A stretch of 64,000 nucleotides of DNA from Octopus vulgaris (taxonomy: Eukaryota): positions 21,452,001 through 21,516,000 of the forward strand of contig OX597837.1 of assembly GCA_951406725.2 (NCBI GenBank), written 5' to 3'. The position numbers and the translations under genes are program-made. The notes under the pieces were generated by a model that did no database searches, was not told the origin of the DNA, and saw only the letters and a list, made by a program, of their open reading frames with translations. Position 1 is the stretch's first letter. Each line of letters opens with the position of its first letter. Below, piece after piece: positions 27,411 through 40,221 of this stretch.

Positions 27411-28487
27411 TTTAAACTTTAATATTTAGCACCATGTAATTTGATATTTAATATTTGTTAGTACTCATGTTATTTAAATATCCTTGAAACCATATCAAAG
27501 ACACAGAATGAAATATTTTCTCAAATTATGAAAAATGTGTGCTGATGTCATGTAAAAGGCACCCAGTACACTACATAATGTGGTTGGTATTAGGAAGAGC
27601 ATCCAGCCTGTAAAAACCAAGCCATAACATGACTGGAATCTGGTACTGCTTGCCAGCTCTAACTAAACTGTCCAACCCATGCTAGCATGGAAAATGGACA
27701 TTAAACGATGATGATGGTAGCAGTAATGGGCCCCCTCCCCTGCTTGAAAAACAAGTGAGAGTTGGAAACAGCAGTAAAATCCTGTTGCAGATATATCCCA
27801 GTCCAGTGCTGGCATCATTGAAGAATATTTAGGCAACAGAACTCAGCTGTGCAGTGTATGTATGCTGTATCAATAAGATGACAGGAACAACAACAATAAT
27901 AATAATGGTTTCAGATTTTTGCATAAGGCCAGCGATTTAGTGGGAGGGAGCTAATTGATTACGTCAACCCCAGTGTTCAACTGGTATTTTATCAACCCCA
28001 AATGGATGAAAGACAAAGTCAACTCTGGCAGTATTTGAACTCAGAATATAAAGATGGACGAAATGTTGCTAAGCATTTTGCCCAGTGTGCTAACGATTCT
28101 GCCAGCTCACTGCCTTAATAATAATAATAATAATTATCCTATGTACTATAGGTACAAGACCTGAAATTTTGTGGGTGGGGCAAATTCAGTGACACTGACC
28201 CTAAAATAATGAAAGGTAAAGTAGACAGTAGAATTTGAACTCAGAATGTAAAGACATGAAATACCACTAAATATTTTGCTCAGCATGCTAACAATTCTAC
28301 CAGTTCATCACCTTAATAATAATAATAATAATAATAATAAACATTAATGGGAAAACTGAAAAATAAGTATCAACTCTTTTGGGAATATGGTTGTATTTGT
28401 TTATGATTACAATATAGTTTGTTCATAATCTGGTTTTTTTTAAAAATTTCTCTTTCCTTATTTTATTTGTCCTTTCAATATTTTCAG

Positions 28488-28626
28488 ACAAATCAAATGT
28501 GGAATTGATCAATAAGCATAATAAAACACCATCTGCTGATCAGAAATCCCCTGATGTACCCAATTCTCAATCCTGGCTCAACAATGACATTAATCATTTC
28601 AGGTGGAATGATTCAACTGTGTCAAG
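28488..28626 (+). CDS. REV3L: REV3L coding exon, 139 bp, phase 1-2
   Basis: attttcAG / GTaaat. Open frame DKSNVELINKHNKTPSADQKSPDVPNSQSWLNNDINHFRWNDSTVS whose phases join both neighbours. Confidence 0.85.
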
Positions 28627-29358
28627 GTAAATGGATTTTTTTTTTTGTCCCTTCCTTTCACTCTCTTTCATATTAACCTTATCTACCCCTACCACCACCA
28701 CATACACTTGTTATCTTCCTATCTGTGTTTCATTCTCATATTAAACTCCTGTTACTCTCATGCTTTACATAAGGACATTCTTTCTGAGCTATTCGGGTTT
28801 TGTTTTCATAGCTTATAAGGAAGTATGATAATAGTGCAGTAAGAGCATTGCTGTCTTCTGCTTACATTTGGGTAGCAGAAGTCAGCATATTGGGTGGAAC
28901 AGAAACTGTTGTGGCTCTTAGGAGGGAGGAGAGAGAGACAGAAGGGGCAGGAGGGGAAGTATATAGCCAAACGATGAGTTAGTCATGTAAGGGTGCATGG
29001 CTTAGTGTTTAGGGTGCTCAACTCACGATTGTAAGATTGTGAGTTTGATCCCTGGCAGCACGTTGTGTCCTTGAGCAAGACACTTTACTTCACGTTGCTC
29101 CAGTCCACTCATCTGACAAAAATGAATTGTACTTTGTCACGTTTGGTGTGTCCTGCTGAATCTTCCTGAGAACCACATTAAGGGTATGTGTGTCTGTGGA
29201 GTGTTCAGCCACTTCCACATTAATTTCATGGATCAACTGAAACACTCATTGTCACAACTGACAGAGTAAAAGTTCATCTCATCTGCACATGCCATAACTA
29301 CAGATGGTAACAGTTGTCTGCTGACAGAACTCAGTGCTGGCCATTGACAGTTCGTTTT

Positions 29359-29553
29359 CTCTCTTTACTCTTTCTTACTTGTTTCAGTCATTTGACTGTG
29401 GCCATGCTGGAGCACCGCCTTTAGTCAAGCAAATTGACCCCAGGACTTATTCTTTGTAAGCCTAGTACTTATTCTATCGGTCTCTTTTGCTGAACTGCTA
29501 ACTTATGGGGATGTAAATACACCAGCATTGGTTGTCAAGTGATGTTGGTGGGG

Positions 29554-29584
<31 letters not shown>

Positions 29585-29727
29585 CACATATATACGACGG
29601 GCTTCTTTTAGTTTCCGTCTACCAAATCCACTCACAAGGCTTTGCCCTGGGTGCCACACAGTGGGACTGAACCCGGAACCATGTGGTTGGTAAGTAAGCT
29701 ACTTATCACACAGCCACTCCTACGCCT
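29359..29727 (-). mobile_element. SINE family A
   Basis: Colinear with 61229-61630. Confidence 0.88.
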
Positions 29728-30235
29728 ATTCATCTACTGTTCATCTGCTCAGTATCAAAATGATATTTGCCATTGATTCAATAAGTTCATCTGTTGAAAT
29801 TGTTCAGGTCCCCCATGCTGCATCCTATGATTTCAGTGTACCTTGACTTAGCTGGTTACATGCTATTGAAACCATAGCTGGGATCCTGACAAGTACTACT
29901 ACTGCAGGTGAGAATAGAACTGGGATCAATAGTAGCAAATACGTGGTTCCACACTCCTCAAACACTAGATCTCCTAAACCAGGGCCACACTACCTAATAT
30001 AGTTTAAAATCATACCTAATATTACATGGGTATTTTCCCCCTCTTTATCGTATTATTGGTATGGTAATGTTTTTAATTATTACTTTCCATAATTTTTTTT
30101 TTTTACTCACTAAATAAAAAGAAAGCTAATACTAAAACGGTAAAATTGTTATGCTCTTGTGATTTATGTATTTTGTACTTATTGAATTATTAACCCTTTT
30201 TTTTCCTTCATGAACTGCCCTTTGTTATTTTCCAG

Positions 30236-30333
30236 TGAAATGTTATTAGATGAAGATATTGAGAGAATGAGTACTTGTGAACTAGAGGTGGATATCGTAG
30301 CTGCTGATATATTGAATAGACTTGATGTTAATG
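30236..30333 (+). CDS. REV3L: REV3L coding exon, 98 bp, phase 2-1
   Basis: ttttccAG / GTaagt. Translates EMLLDEDIERMSTCELEVDIVAADILNRLDVN (REV3 motif STCELEVD..AADILNR). Confidence 0.96.
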
Positions 30334-30914
30334 GTAAGTCAGATCAGTTTGCAGTTTACTACTACTTATCTGGAAATATTGTTGGTCTCTGTTGGTCAAG
30401 CAAGCATATGATCAAAGCTGTTTCAACCATGGCCATCCTGTCTTATATTTTTAAGACATGATTTAGAACAATATTTATCCAATAAGACTGCTCAGTATAA
30501 TTTGAGAGAGATTCAGCTGCTATTTCTAGCCTGCTGTAGCAACTTCATAGATGTTCCTTTGTTGGTTTCATCTGAAAAATTAATCAGATGTTTTGTTTGT
30601 TTGTTTGTTTTTTGATATCTTGAAGTTAGATCATTATTGCATGATTAATTCAAAGCAATGTGAATAAATAAGGATTACATTTGACAAAGTAAACTGAATG
30701 CTAAAGGGTTAAGCTGAAATGTCTGCTGGATTATTGTTGACCTGGGGCCAAGCAATATCTTTCATCACTATTTAGGGCTGATTACATGTGTACTGTTATT
30801 AGGATTATAACGAATAGATTGTTTAGTGTTAATTACATAACAATGAGGGAAAGGTTGGGAATTGGTATTTTTTATTTATTTATTTATTCATATATTGAAA
30901 TATATATATTTCAG

Positions 30915-31019
30915 ATAACATTGGTGTTAATCCAGGTTTAACTGCGCTGTGGAACGATGAAAAAGAGCGACGGCGACTGAAAGGTTTATCTTCTCAGTGT
31001 GGGCTAAGTCAGTCCCAAG
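30915..31019 (+). CDS. REV3L: REV3L coding exon, 105 bp, phase 1-1
   Basis: atttcAG / GTaaga. Translates NIGVNPGLTALWNDEKERRRLKGLSSQCGLSQSQ (REV3 motif NPGL.A.W.DEK.RR). Confidence 0.96.
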
Positions 31020-31241
31020 GTAAGAAACAGAAAAAAGTTGAATATATATATATATACATACATGCATACCCGAGTAAGCATGTAAATGTGAAACAAGGTG
31101 CAAAAAAATAGTACTCGAATACTGGAGATTGTTAAAGCTGCAAGAACACCACAAAAAACTGCTACTCAAAGCTTCATGTTCCCATTCATTGGGCAGTTGT
31201 GATGAAGAATGGAATAAAAATTGAGGTTGTACATATAATAA

Positions 31242-31280
<39 letters not shown>

Positions 31281-31285
31281 TTTTA

Positions 31286-31484
31286 AAAAAATACAAAATT
31301 AGACAAGAACGCAAAGCATCCAGACAACTAGGTGATACAAAAAGGGACAACAAAACGTCCAGATAGACGATACAAAGAAAGACGAACCTGTCCTTGTTTT
31401 CTTTGTATCATCTATCTGGATGTTTTGTTGTCCCTTTTTGTATCACCTAGTTGTCTGGATGTTTTGCGTTCTTGTCGCATTTTG

Positions 31485-31491
<7 letters not shown>
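31286..31491. repeat. Palindrome (~95-bp arms, 17-nt spacer) flanked by (TA)n on both sides
   Basis: aaatacaaaa...caaagaaa (to 31380) is reverse-complementary to tttctttg...ttttgtattttt (31398-31491). Confidence 0.9.
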
Positions 31492-31538
<47 letters not shown>

Positions 31539-31681
31539 TACATATATATAGTTCAGCAAAATTTAGATTCAAATGAATATGGTACTTAAGTTAGATGCAC
31601 CAGAATTCTGTATGGTGTTATCCATATAAATCCATGGGGTGATTATAATCAAAATAAGCAACAAGGATAACTCCGGTAATT

Positions 31682-31765
31682 TGGTATGATCGTTTCGCAC
31701 TACATCATTTTATTAAATGTTGTAAGTATTACAACAGTTTTAAAATGCTGAGCACTCATCAGCCA
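31682..31765 (-). ncRNA. Type I hammerhead ribozyme motif with extended stem II (Penelope-type)
   Basis: Minus strand reads TGG-CTGATGA-GTGC...(hairpin TGTTGTAA/TTACAACA)...GTGC-GAAA-CGATCA-TA-CCA. Confidence 0.65.
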
Positions 31766-32214
31766 TTAATAGAGGTTTTCCATTAATACATAATTTTCAT
31801 ATCAAGTGGTAACATTATAGAGAAGGTAGATATATAGACAAAGATGTGGATTTAAATTTTAAGAACATTTGAGGTTGTGGAGCTTATCAACTGACTGACT
31901 AAAATTCAGTTGCTCCAAACTTCTGTAAGGTTCTGAGAGGAAAGGAAAAATGAAAGGAGACAACAAAGATTTTCTATTTATAGAAATAGGGGTGAGAGAG
32001 ATGTCAGAGTTCCATATGAAAAAATTAATGTAGAGAAAAGGATTGTCACACTACAATGCCAATTACTACTATTTGGTAAACAGATTTGGCATTAGGAAAA
32101 CTAGGTTAATGTCAAATGGTTACAATGACCACTCATAGAGAATGCAGAGATTTTATAAAACTAATATACATCAACATTGTAATCAGCTTTTAGGTTCATT
32201 ATAGCTTATAATGA

Positions 32215-32812
32215 GCACTAGCATGAGCATTTTTATGTAGCACCAATACAGGTGCTTTTACATGGTTGTGGCTCTCTGAACTTAGCCCAGCCTTTTCTTA
32301 TTCTAGCAGCTATACATACTCACAAAACTTCCTTCACTGCTCATTTGGTTACCTTGGTGTCAGAAGCTGTCTACTACCTGTAGGATCTCCACTGGACATT
32401 TGGGAAAGTCTATTCATTATACATTCTCAGTGTTTATTCTACCTACACATCTGCTACACACAGAAACTCTGTCAACTTTCCTATGACATCACTGCATCTC
32501 TTATGTGTCCATAGCTTGTACTGGGTACAGTGTATAGAGTTTCTACCAACACTTATTCTACATACTGAACAAGGTCATCTCCTGAAAACAGTTGAGATTT
32601 GTCAGTTTTCCTACTTTAGTCTTCACTAAATTAACCTATGGCCCTAAATTCTGGACCTTGCTTCCACACCTGAAATTTCCTCCCTAGTTCAGGTAGTGAT
32701 CCATCTATAACAAGGTCAGCAGCATAGAGGAGCTCCCAACGGTAGCCAGTCTTTAAAGTTTCTCTGTTGTGGTTTGGTGGTCTAAGATAAACAAGAGAGG
32801 GCTAAGAACCGA
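32215..32812 (-). mobile_element. Decayed RTE-clade LINE reverse-transcriptase fragment
   Basis: Minus strand encodes SVLSPLLFI...KTGYRWELLYAADLVI (YADD-like), then VNLVKTK, a Cys-rich CSVCRISVGRNSIHCTQYKLWTHKRCS, and ARIRKGWAKFRE; frameshifted. Confidence 0.85.
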
Positions 32813-33701
32813 TGACGAATTTATCACTCCTGTTGAATTAACAGATATATAAGCAAAGAATGGAGAATTATATTTTTACTTAACTTTATTCAATGTTACA
32901 AACATTTCAAGTGGCCTTAAGAATTGTTTCCTTGCTATAGAATGGCTTCAATACAAAATCAGTTAATTAATGGAAGAGTTAACCCCTCCACCATTCTCTT
33001 CAGATCCTCAAGTTCTATTGCAATGAAATGCTGACTGAGGCGTTCACTAGAATTTCTTCAGTCCCTTCACTATATTCTTGTTTATCTTTTAGCTTTTACT
33101 TGTTTTAGTCATTAGGGAGCTGGGTCTTGCCTTCAATAGGAATCAACTCAAGTACTGATTTTAAAGCCTGGTACTTATTCTATCAAAGTCTTTTTGCTGA
33201 ACTGCTTAGTAATGGGGATATAAACAAACAATCATTGGTTGTCAAGCAGCAGTGGGAGACAAACACACACACAAAATGGGCTTCTTTCAGTTTCTGCTTA
33301 CCAGATCCACTCGCAAGGCTTTTGTCAGCTCACGGTTATAGTAGAAGACACTTGCCTGAGATGCCATCTTGTGTAAGTGAACCTGGAACCATGTGGTTGA
33401 GAAGCAAACTTCTTACCGCACAGCCATGCTTACACCTGTCTTTTTTTTTTTTTTTTTTTCCTGTTCCCGTGCTGGCAGGGGTTGGACTGAAGCATGAAAC
33501 AGCGTAACACTATTTTGCTCAGATAGTATCATACAAAGACAGACAATGTTTATAGCTTTACTATAAATAACATAAAATCCTACCTTTATTTATTCAATGA
33601 GTGTGTGCATATTAAATAATTATGTCACTGAATTAGTCATTTATTCATACATTAATAATTCATGGTTTTTTATTTTTATTTATTTATTTATTTTTTGACA
33701 G

Positions 33702-33786
33702 AAAGGGAAAATCTCATCTTCTCACCAAGTGAAGAAACACTCAAGAACCGTTTACAGAAAATTATACAATTCCATCAAATGTATGG
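33702..33786 (+). CDS. REV3L: REV3L coding exon, 85 bp, phase 1-2
   Basis: ttttgacAG / GTaagt. Translates RENLIFSPSEETLKNRLQKIIQFHQMY, resembling the REV3L SE..F.KRLQ.I helix. Confidence 0.88.
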
Positions 33787-34996
33787 GTAAGTTTGTTTGT
33801 TGCTATACATCCTGCTTGTTTACTTGTACATCCTGACTTAGAGGAGGAAAGGCTATACCTATGACCCTTTTTTAGGGCTTCTGAAACAATTTGCTGGGAA
33901 GATGAGAGTTATCCTCAAGTGCAGGCATGGCTGTGTGGTAAGAAGCTTGCTTCCCAACTACATGGTTCCAGGTTCACTCTCATTGCATGCCACCTTGGGC
34001 AAGTGTCTTCTATAGCCTTGGGCTGACTAAAACCTTGTAAGTGGATTTGGTTGACAGAAACTGAAAGAAGACCATTGTGTATATATATATATATAATGTG
34101 TGTGTGTGTGTGTTTGGGTCCTCGTAACTTAGAAGTTCGACCAAAGAGACTGATAGAATAAGTACGTGGCTTAAAAAATAAGTCCTGGGGCCGATTCATT
34201 TGGCTAAAACTTTGAGGCAGTACCCCAGTGTGGTTGCATTCTAATGACTGAAACAAATAAAAGATTAAAGAGTGGTCTGAATGTTCACAGTGGAGTGGCC
34301 TTTGCAAAAGGCACCCAAGGACCAGATGGTGGTGTCAAGCCAAGTGGCTGATTATATTTACTTCTCAGGAACAGCCCTTCAGACTGGCTTCAAATTTCAC
34401 CAATCAAATTTTAACTCGTGATTTTGGCTAACACAAGGCAATGGAAGATAGCTGCCCAGGGTGCCGGGCAATGGGATTGAACTGAAAATTGTGTGGTTGT
34501 GAAGCAAACTTCTTACCCCCTGCAGCATCAATGTCTGCTTATTTAAGCGTATACCTTTTACCATTTACACTTTACTTGTTTCAGTCGTTAAGCTGTAGCC
34601 ATACTGGGGCACCACCTGGAATTTTTTTTTTGTAATCAAATGAATCAGCCCCAGTACTTACTTAAATCTGGTACTTATTATATCAGTCTCTTTTGCCAAA
34701 CCACTTAGTTACAGGGATGTAAATGTACCAATAACGTTTATCAAGCAATAGTGGGGACAAACAATGGGTTTCTTCCAGTTTCCATCTACCAAATCTGTTA
34801 AAGGCTTTGGTTAGCCTGAGGCTATAGTAGAAGACACCTGCCTAATGTGCCACATGGTGGACTGAACCCAGAACCATGTGGTTGAGAAGCAAGCTTCTTA
34901 CCACACAGCCATGCATGTGCCTATATACACAGTAATTTTTTCCATCAGTGTTGTTTTATTTATTTATTTATACGTATTTCTGTTTTATTCCCGCAG

Positions 34997-35091
34997 TCAA
35001 CAGACGACACATTCTCAGGATGGAGCCAAATCTAGTCTAGACTCTGTGTATCCAGCTTCTCTTGTGGAGTCTCATTCTTTCACTGATGACA
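34997..35091 (+). CDS. REV3L: REV3L coding exon, 95 bp, phase 2-1
   Basis: ttcccgcAG / GTaagt. Translates QQTTHSQDGAKSSLDSVYPASLVESHSFTDD; phase-compatible with neighbours. Confidence 0.82.
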
Positions 35092-35206
35092 GTAAGTTTT
35101 TGTTTTCTTTTCAACCATTATTTTCTTCTTTGCAAGAATTACTTAGTTTTATTGACAGTTTTGTGAGCTACACATTTGGTAGAATGGTGAGCAGTTCCAA
35201 CTTTAA

Positions 35207-35429
35207 CCCTTTTGTTACCGTATTTATTTTGAGATGCTCTGTGTTTCTTTCAATTAGTTTGAAATATAACAAAAAGAATTTAGTAAAATAACTTGGTTAT
35301 CATTCAAGTAGTGTTAGGAACATAAATTGTGACTAAGGTTTGGTAGAAGATTTTAATTCAGAACTTATGAAAACAAGACATTTGTACTCAGAACCGGAGG
35401 CGGTTTCAGCCGGATTGATAATGAAAGGG
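35207..35429. mobile_element. piggyBac-type MITE family 1
   Basis: TTAA|CCCTTTTGTTAC...ATAATGAAAGGG|TTAA; reverse-orientation homolog of 63541-63760. Confidence 0.85.
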
Positions 35430-38400
35430 TTAATACCAGTATTGTATAAAGTCTTACTGAAATGAAACACAAATAGATACCATGTCCACTTCAAAGCTAG
35501 TTGATAACTATTTGGAAGTACAAGGTACTTGATTCAGCTTGCATTCTCTGGCACTTTGTCTTAACGCACAACTCATTTCTTATCAGAATATTGCATCTCG
35601 ACCACATCCATTCCTTCTCTATACATATTATCTTTTACGTGTTTCAGTCATCCAACTGCAGCCATGCTGGGGCACCACCTTGAAAAACTTTTAATTGAAT
35701 GAATCATCCTCAGTACTTGACTGTTTTTCTGGGGGGTTTTTAAGCCCTGTACTTATTCTATCAGTCTCTTTTTGCCAAAGTGCTAAGTTACAGGGATGTA
35801 AATAAACCAACACCTATTGTTAAGTGTTGGTGGTGGGCAAACAGAGACACGAAGGCCCACACACACATATGATGAGTTTCTTTCAGTTTCCTGTCTACCA
35901 AATCCACTCACAAATCTTTGGTCAGCCCGAGGCTGTAGTAGAAAACACCTGCCCACGATGCCATACTGTGGAACTGAACCTGAAAACGTTGTTGGGAAGC
36001 AAGCTTCTTACCACATGCCCCCCCTCCACACACACACATAATTAGCTTCTTTCAGTTTCCATCTACCATATTCACTCACAAGGTTTTGGTTAGCCGGAAG
36101 GTATAGTAGAAGACACTTGTTCAGGGTGCCTCACTGTGGGACTGAACCGAAAACCATGTAGTTGGGAAGCAAACTTCTTCACCACACAACCACACCTGTG
36201 CCCTTATGATGATAATAAATACCATGCAGAAACCTATCACACCGTTTTAATGTTCTCATCAGTTATGATCAGAACATGTTCTGAAAATGTAATATCCATT
36301 AGAAATTTTTTTCTGTACCAACACCTGTAATCATTTATATCTTTGAAACTTTGAGGGCAAAATTATTGCCCTTAGCATCAACAATACCTTTACCAAGAAT
36401 GTGGAGCACAGCTTGGTGGTTAGGGTATTAGGCTCATGATCGTACGGTCGTGATTTTGATTCCCGGCATTGCATTTTGTCCTTGAGCAAGTCACTTTGCT
36501 TTATGTTGTTCTAGTCCACTCAGCTGTCAAAAATGTGTAGTACTTATATTTCAAAGGGCCAGCCTTGTAACACTCAGTGTGACGCTGAATCTCCTTGAGA
36601 ACTACTTTAAGGGTAAACATGTCTTTAGAGTGCTCAGACACTTGCACGTTAATTTTACAAGTGGGCTGTTCCGTTGATCGGATCAGCCAGAACCCTTGTC
36701 ATCATAAGCAAAAGAATGCCAGAATTTTTTACAAACTTACTACTTAAACAAAAGGCATTCTTGCATTTAGTTTCATTATATGTTAATGATGATCTTATTA
36801 GTATCTCTTCCACTCGAAGTGGACATGGTATCTATTTGTGTTTCATTTCAGTAAGACTTTATACAATACTGGTATTAACCCTTTCATTACCAACCTGGCT
36901 GAAACCGCCTCTGTAGCTAGCTATCATGCTGACTTTCATCGTCCACTACATTAGCAACTTTTAATGATAGTCAACTAACAACATGCATGTCCTCTTCCCT
37001 CGTGCACATAACTCACATCACATCACTTGTGTGATGGCAATCAGTTTACATTAATTCATTTCAGCATACAGCTTTTTGTCAATCTGCGACACCTGCACTT
37101 GTTGTCGTGTCTATAACTGCTTGAATGATGTGATTGAGTGTGACTGTTTGGATGCTGTCAATCTGGCACAGGAGAGAAATACATACACAAACATGTCTGG
37201 TATGAAGCTTGTTTCCTAACCACATGGTTCAGCATACAATTCCATTGCATGGCACTTTGGTCAAGTGGATTTGCTTGACAGAAACTGAAGGAAGCCCATC
37301 ATGGCTAGAGCATCGAGCTTATGATCGTGAGGTTGTGAGTTCAAATCCCAGACCAGGCTGCATGTTGTGTTTTTGTGCAAGACACTTTATTTCACGTTGC
37401 TCCAGTTCACTCAGCTGTAGAAATGAGTTACGACGTCACAGGTGCCATGCTGTATTGGCCTTACCCTTGGATTACATTGGTGGCATAGAGAGGGGAGGCT
37501 GGTATGCATGGGCGACTGCTGGTCTTCCATAAACAACCTTGCCTTGGAGGGTAAGTTTCTAGGTGCAATCCCATGGTTTGTGTCGTGACCAAAGGGAGGG
37601 GGTCTCTAAATGTCCCTTACCACCACTTGAAAACTGGTGCTTGTTTGTTATGTCCCTGTAACTTAGCAATTCAGCTAAAGAGAGTGATACAGGCTTTTAA
37701 AAATAAGTCCTGCAGTTGATTTGTCTGACTGAAAATTCTTCAAGGTGGCGCCACAGCATGGCTGTAGTGTAATGACTGAAACATGTAAAAGAATAAAAGA
37801 ATACAGAGAGAGAGAGACATCACAATTTATTAATCAAACATTATTGATATGAACATGTTCCCTCTTCTCAAACAAATAAACAGAGAGGGGAGTTGAGAAT
37901 GAAGGAAACATTAAAAGTTCTGATGTCAAACAAGTCGGTATTGAATCAGTAATGCCAGAATGGCTGTGCCAAAACATTTCATACCTCTGTACTGCATCAT
38001 TGAACAGATCCTTAGGAAACCTTCAACCACACACATTCTGTTGCATTAAACCTTTAGCATTCATATTTCTTTGTCAAATGTAATGCTTGTTTATTCACAG
38101 TTTTGAATTAATCATGCAATACATTGTAGCTTTGAGATTTTGATGATGTGGTTCCTTTAATTTTGGAATAATATTGTCGGGTAGATGTGAGAGGCCAGAT
38201 GTGGCCTGTGTTAACATAAAACCAGTAGAATATTTGAGCCAGACAGAGCCAGTTTAAATGATAAAAGGTTAAACTACAGACCCAATATTAATTAACCCAT
38301 TTGAATTAATCATGCATTATCCTGTAGCTTTGTAATTTTGATGAGGTAGCTATTAATTTTTTAGAATGATATTGTAGTGTTGGTGTGAGAGGCTAGACCT

Positions 38401-39180
38401 GACCAGTTTCAACATAAAGCAGGTAGAATATTTTGGCCGTATATGGCCAGTTTAAATGGTAAAGGATTAAACCTGTATTGTTACTACATCCATTTTACTC
38501 ATGATCATCACTCAGAACCCAAACTATCATATTTCCTGAAGCAGTGGTTCAATCCGCTAGAAAGAGTAGCTAATCAAATCAATCATCTTAAAATTTAAAG
38601 GATACATGTGATAGTGAAGTCTTAGAAATACTGCTTGAAAATAGAGACAGTCGTGGTTGGAATGCTTTTGATTATTGATCTGCTTGACTGGAGACAGTCA
38701 GGGCTAAGCAACAACAACCATATTTCCTAAATGGTCCATCCTTATCTTTTATGGCAATCTCATATTCTTCGCACAAACCAAAGATGCATTTCAAAAGCTG
38801 GATTTCTATTTCAGTTACATAATAATTACGTTAACCCTGAGCGACTGATCGTTTTTTTACCAATCAATAAATCAATAAGTAAACAGTGAAACATTCATCT
38901 CCACCTATTTCTATTATCACCCGTTTCAGTCATAGGTCTGAGTCACATTGGGAGGCAATGGATGTGATACCTAAAACTATAGTCATCCTTGTAACACTGT
39001 TCAGGGAGTTTTCTGGGGTTTTCTTTCTTTTTTCTCCCCCTGCATAGTTGATTGTATCAGCCTCAACGCATATTTCAATTTGGTGCTTATTGTATCATTT
39101 TCTATTTGCCAAACAGCTAAGTTACTGGATGTAAGGGAAGAAAATGTATACGGCACCATTTGTATGCCTGAAACTACAAT

Positions 39181-39247
<67 letters not shown>

Positions 39248-39423
39248 TTTATTATTTATGGAACAGTTCCATTCTAAACAAAATTGTATGATGAACGGGA
39301 ACATGAAACTCTGAGTAACAGTTTTTGTGATAGTTTTGCTGCTTTTTAATAAAGCATATTACTCTACCTCTGGTATTCGAGTACTAATTTTTCTGTTTTG
39401 CTTCGCATTTATGTGCTTATTCT

Positions 39424-39425
<2 letters not shown>

Positions 39426-39492
<67 letters not shown>
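39426..39492. repeat. (TA)n(TG)n microsatellite, representative of many (TA)n, (CA)n, (CT)n, (AAT)n and (AGT/AGC)n tracts
   Basis: Read directly from the sequence. Confidence 0.95.
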
Positions 39493-39584
39493 ATAAATAT
39501 ATCTAATTTGATTTTTTTTTTTCTGCTTCAAAAACATTCCCGTGTGCAATGGTTGGATTTTATTTTTATTTTTATTATTTTCAG

Positions 39585-39725
39585 CTGATGATTCCCAGAA
39601 AACTGTTGTGTATGATGAGGATGAAATGAATGATGAAGTTGCAGCTGTTGTTAATGTTGAATGTGTTAATCAAGTATTGGAATCTAGTCAGAGTTTCCAA
39701 GAAGATAATTCTTCTCAACTTACTG
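39585..39725 (+). CDS. REV3L: REV3L coding exon, 141 bp, phase 1-1
   Basis: ttattttcAG / GTaagt. Translates DDSQKTVVYDEDEMNDEVAAVVNVECVNQVLESSQSFQEDNSSQLT. Confidence 0.88.
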
Positions 39726-40178
39726 GTAAGTTAATTTATTTATTTTTTAATCAGGTATCTCTTTCCCTCTCTCTTCCTCTGTCTCTGCTTTTCTCTCTCT
39801 CTCTCTCTCTCACTCTCTGCCTCTTTCTCTCCTCTCCCAGGTAACTATGTACTTTCTCTATTGTAAGACCCTCCTCTCTCAAAATTCCTTGTCTTGCAAG
39901 TTACTTGGCGACCCTGCCAGTGCTGATGCCATGTAAAAGGCATCCACTCCACACTGTGAATTGGTTGGCATTTGGAAGGGCATCCAGCTGTAAAAAGCAT
40001 GCCAAAATTGACCTAGCCTATGCTATTGCCACATAAAAAACACTGAGTCTTCCCTGTAGAATGGTTGGTGTTAGGAAGGGCATCCAGCTGTAAAAAGCAT
40101 GCCAAAACACACAGCTTGGTGTAATCTTGTCAAACCGTCCAACTCATGCATGCATGGAAGACAAACGTTTGATGATGA

Positions 40179-40221
<43 letters not shown>

